Of a DNA stretch of 49,252 bases, positions 29,591 through 38,100 are shown one piece after another. Numbering within the stretch: position 1 is the stretch's first letter; each line of letters begins with the position of its first letter. The stretch lies in the IMG/VR virus record IMGVR_UViG_3300020414_002994, positions 1-49,252 of that record. One strand, given 5' to 3'. Source of the DNA: a virus (Duplodnaviria; Caudoviricetes). Made by a program: the position numbers and the translations under genes. The notes below the pieces were generated by a model. That model had not been told where the DNA came from and searched no databases. It saw only the letters and a program-made list of their open reading frames with translations.

Positions 29591-30337
29591 ATGAGCAAAC
29601 TATCAAAAAGAATGATTAGGCGTTTAATTATGCAAGAAATGGCAAAAATGGTTGATGAAGATAAAATTATACCACACAGTGATGCACATCGTAAATTTGA
29701 CATTCCAAGCTCAGGAAGAAAAAATTCTGGTTACCCGGGTTCTATAGCCGGTGATTATGGTGGCGGTCAAGTAGGAACATGTGAGCAATGTGGTGGGATG
29801 TCATACGAAGGACAATGTCTGGAATGTGACACTTGTGGTTGTTCTGAAGGAAACTGCGCAGAAGGAGACTGTGGTACCATGGAAGAGGACATGATGTCCT
29901 TGAATGAGGGTAACTGCGGTTGCGGAGGCTCTGTTAACTACGATGATGACGGATCTGATTATTCAACAGATTCAATGCTGGCCAACCACCCGTTAGGTGA
30001 TTATAGTAATTTAAATAATACGAACATAACTCCAAACCAAGCATTTTCTGCAGGTTATGAAGTTTCTGATTTTGATGATGAAGTTTACGGACTAGGTGCC
30101 ACGTCAATGCATATAGACTTTCCTCGTCACGGTGAAGTCCACAAACATAAACATAATAATTACATGGCAAAACCCTCTCTTTACAAGGTTGCGAAATACT
30201 CACAAAAACTTTTACAAATGATTCCGGATGGTTATGAATTAGATGATTGGCAAAGAACAAAAATTGCCCAGATATCTGATGACATATCTGAAGTATATCA
30301 TTCTTTAGACTATGACTTTTATGACGATGAGTGTTAA
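29591..30337 (+). CDS. Hypothetical protein: shared N-terminal helix motif, Cys-rich segment, helical C-terminal domain, 248 aa
   Basis: AGGAG RBS. N-terminus MSKLSKRMIRRLIMQE. 10 Cys in 48 aa, a His cluster, and C-terminal 'LDDWQRTKIAQISDDISEVYHSLDY'. Confidence 0.75.
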   Translation: MSKLSKRMIRRLIMQEMAKMVDEDKIIPHSDAHRKFDIPSSGRKNSGYPGSIAGDYGGGQVGTCEQCGGMSYEGQCLECDTCGCSEGNCAEGDCGTMEEDMMSLNEGNCGCGGSVNYDDDGSDYSTDSMLANHPLGDYSNLNNTNITPNQAFSAGYEVSDFDDEVYGLGATSMHIDFPRHGEVHKHKHNNYMAKPSLYKVAKYSQKLLQMIPDGYELDDWQRTKIAQISDDISEVYHSLDYDFYDDEC

Positions 30338-31605
30338 TGAGATCTTTATTAAATCTATTTCCAGAAACAAGACAAGATATTGATAAAAATCACGCAGACA
30401 GAATGTCCAGAAGATATAGATATCTTCCTCATGACTGTGTTGATAGATTGCCAGTTTTGCAATATCCTGCAGAAAACACAGCTGAATTCATGTCTGACAT
30501 AAAAGAAGTAATTAGATGTCACAATCACCCATGCATGAATACAAAATTTCTTAAAAGTGCGGATAATTCTGTTGAAGATGTATTTAAAGATTTTTGCAAA
30601 GAAAACGGTTTCAACAACATAGACTGGAAAAAAATTAAAGATGCAATCCATGACGTCGATAGTATTGTTTTAAAACTAAAATACAAAAATGGAAGGCCTC
30701 GACCTATCCATTATTTACAAGATGTAGACGACAGCCTTGAAGTTAAGTACAAAAAATCACCTAGCTTCCCATCAGGCCATACAGCTATAGCTTATTTTAT
30801 ATGTGATATAGTTTCAAAAGCAATACCTGAGTTAAAACAAGACCTACAAACACTTGCTTCTTTGATAGGTCAATCAAGAATTGAAAATGCTGTGCACTAT
30901 CCAACAGATATTGAATATGGTAGACTGATAGGTGAAACTTTAGCTGATATATTCAACAATGAAAAATCGAGTAATATCGATAAACAACTCTCTAAAAAGC
31001 ATTATAAAAAATTTGGTGATAAACTCACGACAAAAAATAAGAACTATAAAGACACATGTCACGACTTAGCTTATTTCTTAAAAAGGACGTCAGAGATTGA
31101 AAATTTTCATGTCGACTATGACGAATGCTTCGAAGCGGCTAAATACCTTATGATGGGTGTACCACCGAAAAACATAACTAGTTGTCCACATATTAACTCA
31201 CAAATAGACGGTCTTGTGATGGCAAATAGGTTAGGAAGGATAGATAATAATCACAAGGTCTGCCATATACATAAATGTTTTAATAAAAACATATTAGAAA
31301 AGGGTGCACCTGGAGAGTTTAGAAATTTCTCTCATAGATCTCCATCCGGATGCCAGTATCCTGAACCATACGATCTTAATCAAAAACTAAGAAATAGTCA
31401 CCAACACCACAATCATCCATGGTTACGCCACGTTCTTTATGAATATGTGCATCCTTTTTGTGATGGAAACGGCAGATCCGGAAGAATAATACTGGCTTCA
31501 GATTGTGATTTTGATTTTGCAAGAGTCAATGATATGATTGGTGAAGATTATATAGATAATATAGTTGCTTATATGCTGCCTGATAAACTTAATAAACTTT
31601 TGTAA
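30337..31605 (+). CDS. PAP2/haloperoxidase-superfamily phosphatase fused to a Fic (AMPylase-family) domain
   Basis: PAP2 motifs K-x6-RP (KYKNGRPRP), PSGH and SR-x5-H-x3-D (SRIENAVHYPTD). Fic motif HPFCDGNGRSGR, upstream 'IHK...PGEFR', and inhibitory-type TSEIEN. ATG 30337 overlaps the upstream TAA (TAATG). Confidence 0.88.
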   Translation: MRSLLNLFPETRQDIDKNHADRMSRRYRYLPHDCVDRLPVLQYPAENTAEFMSDIKEVIRCHNHPCMNTKFLKSADNSVEDVFKDFCKENGFNNIDWKKIKDAIHDVDSIVLKLKYKNGRPRPIHYLQDVDDSLEVKYKKSPSFPSGHTAIAYFICDIVSKAIPELKQDLQTLASLIGQSRIENAVHYPTDIEYGRLIGETLADIFNNEKSSNIDKQLSKKHYKKFGDKLTTKNKNYKDTCHDLAYFLKRTSEIENFHVDYDECFEAAKYLMMGVPPKNITSCPHINSQIDGLVMANRLGRIDNNHKVCHIHKCFNKNILEKGAPGEFRNFSHRSPSGCQYPEPYDLNQKLRNSHQHHNHPWLRHVLYEYVHPFCDGNGRSGRIILASDCDFDFARVNDMIGEDYIDNIVAYMLPDKLNKLL

Positions 31606-31608
31606 AAG

Positions 31609-31636
31609 TGTAACTGCACATACTACCATATATAAT
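31609..31636 (+). promoter_or_regulatory. Cassette promoter 1 (TGTAAC-N16-TATAAT)
   Basis: AAAAG TGTAAC tgcacatactaccata TATAAT, then CAACC (31646) and an AGGAGG RBS. Confidence 0.75.
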
Positions 31637-31666
31637 AGTATTGTCCAACCAATTTAGGAGGTAGTT

Positions 31667-32185
31667 TTGGCAAAGTTAAATAGACAACAGTTAAATGCTA
31701 TAAAAGAAAAAGTTCGCCAACAAAAAGCTGAAGCAGCACAACAAAAGCAGATTGAAGAGCTTAAGCTTAAAGAAAGCGGCAATACACAAGATCAAGAAGA
31801 TACAACACCAAAGACTTTGAAGGATGTTAAAGCTCTTTTAGAAAAACAAAAGCAAGAAGCAGCACAGTCAGGTCAACCTCACCAAACTCAAAAGCAAAAG
31901 CTTAAAAAGATTAAAAAAGAAGTAAAAGGTAAGATACCAAAAACCAGGCGTCGACAGATGAAATGGAGCTGTGGTATCGGAGACTTAGTTATACTTCCTG
32001 GTCGCCTTTACGGTGCAAGTGAAGACCTATACGGCATAATTGTTAAAGAGTCAATTGATAATCGTGGAATTCCCGATTATACCGGTTCAAGAGTAGTTAC
32101 AGATAACACGCAATATCAAATACTTACCACCGGTGGATTTAGATGGATATATGCCAAAGGTCTTAAGAAAATTGAAGTTGACTAA
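31667..32185 (+). CDS. Hypothetical protein, K/Q-rich helical N-terminus and possible SH3/KOW-like C-terminus, 172 aa
   Basis: TTG start with AGGAGG RBS and its own promoter. 'GIGDLVIL...YGIIVK' resembles small SH3-like barrels (tentative). Confidence 0.7.
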   Translation: MAKLNRQQLNAIKEKVRQQKAEAAQQKQIEELKLKESGNTQDQEDTTPKTLKDVKALLEKQKQEAAQSGQPHQTQKQKLKKIKKEVKGKIPKTRRRQMKWSCGIGDLVILPGRLYGASEDLYGIIVKESIDNRGIPDYTGSRVVTDNTQYQILTTGGFRWIYAKGLKKIEVD

Positions 32186-32188
32186 AAA

Positions 32189-32216
32189 TGTAACCACACT
32201 AACTATTGTATATAAT
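32189..32216 (+). promoter_or_regulatory. Cassette promoter 2 (TGTAAC-N16-TATAAT)
   Basis: AAAAA TGTAAC cacactaactattgta TATAAT, then CAACC (32224) and GGAG. Confidence 0.75.
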
Positions 32217-32240
32217 ATAATCACAACCATTGGAGAAAAT

Positions 32241-32684
32241 ATGAGTAACGCATCACTTAACAAACCTAGGTTTATTGGAAGACCACATAATGAAAACTTA
32301 TACTACCACCTCAAAAGCCGCGGCTGGAATATGACTCTACATAGAGGTCGTGAATCCTTTATCCGAAACGGTAAATACGATAGAAGCGCTAAATCTAATG
32401 ACGGCCTGTTTAAAGGAAGTGACGGAAAATATTATTACTGTTCATTCCAAGAACATCTTAAAGACGATGGATCTTTTCACTTCTTTCAGTATTCTATACA
32501 AAAAAAGTCTAGAACCACCAGTAATTATAAAGTTCTAATGGCAGGTACTTTAACGGCAGACAAATATGAACCTTTACCACCTGGCTGGCCTGAAGACCCA
32601 AATTTTGTGCACGATGCAACACCTAAAATGGTTGATGAAAAAGTCAGTGAAATTAAGTCTTTAATAAAAAGTGTAACAGCATAA
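32241..32684 (+). CDS. Hypothetical protein, 147 aa
   Basis: Start moved from 32133 to ATG 32241, which lies downstream of promoter 2 and a GGAG RBS. Confidence 0.75.
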   Translation: MSNASLNKPRFIGRPHNENLYYHLKSRGWNMTLHRGRESFIRNGKYDRSAKSNDGLFKGSDGKYYYCSFQEHLKDDGSFHFFQYSIQKKSRTTSNYKVLMAGTLTADKYEPLPPGWPEDPNFVHDATPKMVDEKVSEIKSLIKSVTA

Positions 32685-32699
32685 TCATTATTGTATAAT
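32672..32699 (+). promoter_or_regulatory. Cassette promoter 3 (TGTAAC-N16-TATAAT)
   Basis: AAAAAG TGTAAC agcataatcattattg TATAAT, then CAACC (32707) and AGGAG. The -35 box lies in the last codons of the upstream gene. Confidence 0.75.
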
Positions 32700-32730
32700 A
32701 TAACCACAACCTAATCATCCAGGAGATATA

Positions 32731-33795
32731 ATGGATATCAAAACCTTCGTAAAAGTAGTATCAAACCTTCCACCAGAAATTTCAGTATTAGTAAAAGGAC
32801 CAACCGGTATTGGTAAATCACATATCTTTCACCAGATTGGTAAAGAAATCGGACTAGAAGTATTGGATCGCCGCCTTTCATATATGACTGAAGGTGACCT
32901 TATTGGCCTTCCAGAATTGGTCGATGGCACAACAAGATTTGCACCAGTTAACTGGTTTATTGAAGCTTGTAATGAACCACGTGTTTTATTCTTCGATGAG
33001 CTTAACCGTGCAACCTTAGAAGTGCAACAATGTGCTTTCCAAATTGTATTGGACCGCGAGCTTAACGGTCACAAGCTTCATCCAGAAACTCGTGTCTATG
33101 CAGCAGTTAATGAAGGTAGTGACTACCAAGTTACTGAAATGGACCCTGCTCTTCTTCGTCGTTTCTGGTCTATTGACTTAGAACCAACAACTGAAGATTG
33201 GTTAGAATGGGCAGAAACCATTGGTAATATTGATCCACTCACTATTGATTTTATTAAGAAGTACCCTGCTCGACTTCGTCATACAGGTACATTCGAACCA
33301 GGCACAGTGTACCCAAATCCTGCATCATGGGCTCGTTTTGACAAGGCACTCAAACATGCAAATCTAGACCCATCTAACAAGTGTGGTGATGATTATGACA
33401 GTCTTATCTTCTCTATTGGTTTGGGGTTTATTGGCGAAGCTGGTACAATTGCATTTAGTGACTATGTCCAAAACCATGCTCAAAAATTTGGTGCAAAGGA
33501 CTTGCTTAATCGATATCATGACGGCAAGAACGGCGTAAAGTCTAAAATAGATAAGTTGACAAATGACAAAAAGAATGACCTTTTAAGTGTCACAATTACC
33601 TATCTAAAAAATAATGATGTGACAATCCCGCAAGCAAAAAGAGCTTCTGGCTTCATTGACAGTTGTTCAGATGAAATGCTAGTTAATTTTATGAACTTAC
33701 TAATGGAAACAAAACACCTTGACAATATTAAAAAATTCCACAAGTTTCTTGGTAGTAAGGTTGTTAAAGTTGTTAATGCAGCAAATAATGTCTAA
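32731..33795 (+). CDS. MoxR-like (AAA_5-type) AAA+ ATPase
   Basis: Walker A GPTGIGKS, 'GDLIGLP', Walker B VLFFDELNRA, sensor-1 'AAVN', Arg finger 'MDPALLRRF'. Confidence 0.9.
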   Translation: MDIKTFVKVVSNLPPEISVLVKGPTGIGKSHIFHQIGKEIGLEVLDRRLSYMTEGDLIGLPELVDGTTRFAPVNWFIEACNEPRVLFFDELNRATLEVQQCAFQIVLDRELNGHKLHPETRVYAAVNEGSDYQVTEMDPALLRRFWSIDLEPTTEDWLEWAETIGNIDPLTIDFIKKYPARLRHTGTFEPGTVYPNPASWARFDKALKHANLDPSNKCGDDYDSLIFSIGLGFIGEAGTIAFSDYVQNHAQKFGAKDLLNRYHDGKNGVKSKIDKLTNDKKNDLLSVTITYLKNNDVTIPQAKRASGFIDSCSDEMLVNFMNLLMETKHLDNIKKFHKFLGSKVVKVVNAANNV

Positions 33796-33797
33796 AA

Positions 33798-33825
33798 TGT
33801 AACCTAGGCCAAAGTATTATATAAT
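33798..33825 (+). promoter_or_regulatory. Cassette promoter 4 (TGTAAC-N16-TATAAT)
   Basis: AAAA TGTAAC ctaggccaaagtatta TATAAT, then CAACC (33831) and AGGAGGT. Confidence 0.75.
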
Positions 33826-33847
33826 ATAAACAACCACAGGAGGTTAT

Positions 33848-35182
33848 ATGATAGAAATAGCTGATACACAAACAAAAGAAGAATTAACTGATGAAAGATT
33901 TAAGAAGATTATGCTTAAGTTCTTGTTGAACGAGCCATTCTTTTCAGATATCATGAGTCATATTCGACGCCAAAAAACCTATGCCATTCCAACAGCTGGT
34001 GTTTCATGTGCTGGTGGTGATTTTACCCTACACTGGAACCCAGACTTTGTTGGTAAATTAACTACAAAAAAGGTATTTGGGTTACTCAAACATGAGTGTT
34101 ACCACCTTATATACCAGCACGTTTCCGGTAGAAAGCAAAACCCACACCTTATGTGGAATATTGCAACCGACTTAGCCATCAATTCCACAATACCACTTGA
34201 TGAATTACCAGAAGGTGGTTTAGTTCCCGGGCAAGCAACAAAATTTCCAGCTGATTACACACCATCACCTTCTCAAGTTAAAATGAGTGATTTTATCAAA
34301 TCAATGCCGCTTAATAAGTCATCTGAATGGTATATGGAAAGAATCATGAATGATGAAGAAATACAAGAAGCTATTCAAGAAGCAATGGGGTCCGGAGAGG
34401 GTGAAGGATCTTGTGAGAATGGTTTTGGTGAAGGGAGCGGAAACGGAAGCGGTGACTGCAAACCATCAGCTGGTAACGGTAGACCTGGCCAGGGTTTTGA
34501 TCATCACTTTGATGAAGAATTATCTGATGCTGAAAAAGCCATGGCTGATGCTAAAATCAAAGAAATAGTCAAAAAAGCAGCTAAAAGAGCTTCGAAAAAC
34601 CGTTCTTGGGGTTCAGTTGGTGCTAGCATGCAAGGTGAAATACAGGCAATGTTCTCAGATGAAATTGACTGGCGCAACGTATTAAGGTACTTCTGTGGTT
34701 CTAAACAAAAAGCAAATCGATCTAGAACCTTTAAACGAATCAACAAGAAGTACCCATACATTCACCCTGGTCGAAAAACAAGCTATACATCAAATATTGC
34801 TGTTTATATCGATCAGTCTGGTTCCGTTGGTGATCATGAACTGCAACTACTGTTCAATACTCTTAATGAACTGGCAAAGCGTGTAACATTTACCATCTAT
34901 CACTTCGATACATCAGTTGATGAAGCTAGCGAGTTTGTTTGGAAAAAGAACAAAACCGTTCGTAAGGCATATCGCACTCGAGGTGGAGGCACATGTTTTA
35001 ATTGTGTTGAGGATCACTTTAGGAAGAATATTGCTAAATATGACGGCTATATTATTATGACTGATGGATATGCACCTAAACCAAAACCTTGTAAATCTAA
35101 AAGATGTTGGGTTATAATACCAGGGTGCGAACCACAATTTCAAGTTGACAAAAAAGATACCAAAGTGGTAATGAAAGAATAA
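33848..35182 (+). CDS. Zincin-like metallopeptidase + vWA domain protein (DUF2201-like)
   Basis: HExxH 'LKHECYHLIYQH', 'WNIATDLAIN', Gly-rich linker, MIDAS 'IDQSGSV', 'GGGT' and 'IMTDG'. Confidence 0.88.
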   Translation: MIEIADTQTKEELTDERFKKIMLKFLLNEPFFSDIMSHIRRQKTYAIPTAGVSCAGGDFTLHWNPDFVGKLTTKKVFGLLKHECYHLIYQHVSGRKQNPHLMWNIATDLAINSTIPLDELPEGGLVPGQATKFPADYTPSPSQVKMSDFIKSMPLNKSSEWYMERIMNDEEIQEAIQEAMGSGEGEGSCENGFGEGSGNGSGDCKPSAGNGRPGQGFDHHFDEELSDAEKAMADAKIKEIVKKAAKRASKNRSWGSVGASMQGEIQAMFSDEIDWRNVLRYFCGSKQKANRSRTFKRINKKYPYIHPGRKTSYTSNIAVYIDQSGSVGDHELQLLFNTLNELAKRVTFTIYHFDTSVDEASEFVWKKNKTVRKAYRTRGGGTCFNCVEDHFRKNIAKYDGYIIMTDGYAPKPKPCKSKRCWVIIPGCEPQFQVDKKDTKVVMKE

Positions 35183-35192
35183 GGACTCCAAT

Positions 35193-38100
35193 ATGAAAAT
35201 ACTTCACATAGCTGATATCCACTGGCGAGGCTTGTCTCGCCATCAAGAATACGTTTTAGCCTTCAAAGACCTATTTAGGCAAGCTGAAGAGCTGCAACCT
35301 GATATTATCTATGTAGGTGGTGATATTGTACATTCTAAGACCCAAGGTATATCCCCAGAGTTAATACAAAACTTGTGCTGGTGGTTTAATGGCCTAGCTA
35401 AAATAGCACCAACACATGTCATTCTCGGGAACCACGACGGCCTTATACTTAATAGAGACAGACAAGATGCAATTACACCCATAATTGAGGCATTAGACAA
35501 CCCTAGGATACACCTGTACAAAAAGTCAGGTACTTATGAGTTTGCTCCAGGGTTTGAATGGTGTGTGTTATCTTGTTTTGATGAAGAAAACTTCTTTAAA
35601 GCTAAACCTACCAAAGACAATATTAGTATCGCTTTGTATCATGGTGCTGTAAGAGGTAGTCTCACCGATGTGGACTGGCAGCTTGAAGGCGAGTCCACAT
35701 TGGATCTCTTTAAATCATATGACTTTGCAATGTTAGGTGATATTCATAAGCGACAATTCTTAAATAAGAAAGAAACGATAGCCTATAGTGGATCGACAAT
35801 TCAGCAGAATTTTGGTGAAGACAACGAAAAAGGCTTTTTGTTGTGGGACATTAAGGACGCTGATACTTTTACATGTCAATTTTATCCTGTTGAAAACAGA
35901 TATCACTTTGTAACTGTTGACTGGCAAGGTACTGTACAAAGAACTTACAATAAATGCAAAGAATACCCTAATCTTTCTAGATTTAGAATACGTGCTGACA
36001 ATTATATTAGTCAGGCAGATGCAAGAAGACTCCAAAAAATATTGACAAAACAAAAAGCAGCTTCAGAAGTTGTATTTAAGGTCGAGTCTAAATTTGATTC
36101 TGACACGATACAGACGAGATCAGGTAAGACGATGTCTATCGATTTAAGGAGTCCTGATAAACATAAAGAACTGATTAGGGAGTACTACAAAAGCAATAAT
36201 CTAACTGACGCTGATCTATCTAAACTAGATGACCTGGTTGATAGAAGCCTTTCTGAAATAGCACAATCTGACAGAGATCTTAGGAATGTTAGATGGTCCA
36301 TAAACAGTCTAAAATTTGACAACTGTTTTTCTTACAAAGACGGTAATTACATCAATTTTGAGAACATGCCGGGCATTACAGGTATTTTTGGTAGAAACGC
36401 TAGGGGTAAATCTTCGATCATTGGTACTATTGCATATGCTCTCTTTAACACGTCTGATAGAGGTGCTATAAAGAATATTCATCTAATTAATACCAGAAAA
36501 AATCACTGCAAGGCAGAATTAGATATCTCCATTAATAATGTTCCGTACCGAATTATTAGGCAGACAGTTAAAAAGCAGACAAAAAAGAATGTTTGGGCAC
36601 CAACAACCCTTAAGTTCTACCGACTTGATAAGAGCGGTGATGTAATTGAAGACTTAACTGAAGAACAAAGACGAGAAACTGAAAAGATCATTAGGGGTAT
36701 GATTGGATCATCTGAAGAATTCTTAATGACTTCTTTATCTTCGCAAGGCGATATGAACAACTTTATCAAAGAAAAAGCCTCAGCTAGAAAAGCAATCCTA
36801 GCTAATTTTCTAGACTTGACCGTATTCGACGGAATGAATGAATTTTCAAAGAAAGAATCAGCTGCGCTCAAACAACAAGCTCAGACCTTAAACAAAGGTG
36901 ACTGGAATAAGCAGATAAATATCAAAGCTGCTTCTATTAAAAACATTGAAGCGTTGATATCTGAGGAAGAATCAAAACTGACATTACTTAAAGAAGACTA
37001 TGAGGCGTATGTAAAAGATTTACACTCAAACGTTAAACATGACTACATAACACAATTACAAGTATCAGTTGCACAGTCAAAGTGGAAGAACAGTCTGAAG
37101 TCTTTAGAAGATATAACACTGACAAGAGATAAACTTAAAGATGAAATATTTGAAACAGATCAAAAAATATCAAAAGTAGACTTGTTTTTAAGTAATATTA
37201 ATCCTGATGAAATTAGAGAAAAAAGAGACGCACAAAAAGAGATTGAAAACCTTTTATCTTCGATGCAAAGTGACCTTAAGTACGAGAGAAAAGAGCTTTC
37301 TTTTATTGAAAAGTCTGTAGAAAAACTTAAAGAAGTACCTTGCGGTGATCAGTTTCCTAAATGTAAGTTTATAAAAGAGTCCCATTCAAATAAAAGAAAA
37401 CTAGAAAAACAGCGAGATAAGGTGACAGCGCTTAAGGTAAAAGTTGACGATCTAAAATCTGCATTTCGAAAGCTTGGAAGAAAAAATTACAGCGAAGAAT
37501 TGGACAAATACAACGCAATTCTCCAAAGAAAATCAGAATTGGTGACATCAATATCTTCTATTAAAATTAAAATTAAAGGCCATGAAAAAGATATCGACAA
37601 TTTAAAGCCAAAAATTACTAGCTTGGAAAAAGAGTATTTAGACTTAAAAGAAAGATTTGACAATCAAGATACAGACGACGCTCATACCTTGATTGAAAGA
37701 AGGATTAAACAAACAAACGAGCTAATTGAAAGTTCAGACAATAATAGAACTAGTCTTATTACAAAGCTAGCAAAAGAAAAAGCTGAAAAAAGCGTTTTGA
37801 CAAAACAGAAAAGAGAGTATGAAAAAATTAGCAAGTCTTTAAGAATATATGATCTTTTTTCACAAGCGACTTCAAATAAAGGCATACCGGTACAAATTAT
37901 ACATGCCATGTTGCCACAGATAAACGCAGAGATATCTAAAATTCTTAAAGGGGTTGTCGGGTTTACAGTTGATTTAGAAGCAGACTTAGATAGTAATACA
38001 ATGGATATATTTATTAACTATGGGGACAGCAAGCGTATAATTGAACTAGGATCAGGAATGGAAAAAATGATGGCATCTTTAGCTATACGAGTCGCATTAA

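Noticed and set aside
31610-31623. GTA-N8-TAC, matching a cyanobacterial NtcA box, in cassette promoter 1
   Set aside because: The TAC half-site is not kept in the other three copies, and the distance to the -10 box (7 nt) does not fit NtcA-activated promoters (about 22 nt).
31603-33847. Repeated intergenic units read as a CRISPR-like or attC/integron-like array
   Set aside because: Only short boxes are conserved, with no long identical or palindromic repeat, and no cas or integrase gene is present. The promoter interpretation explains the pattern.
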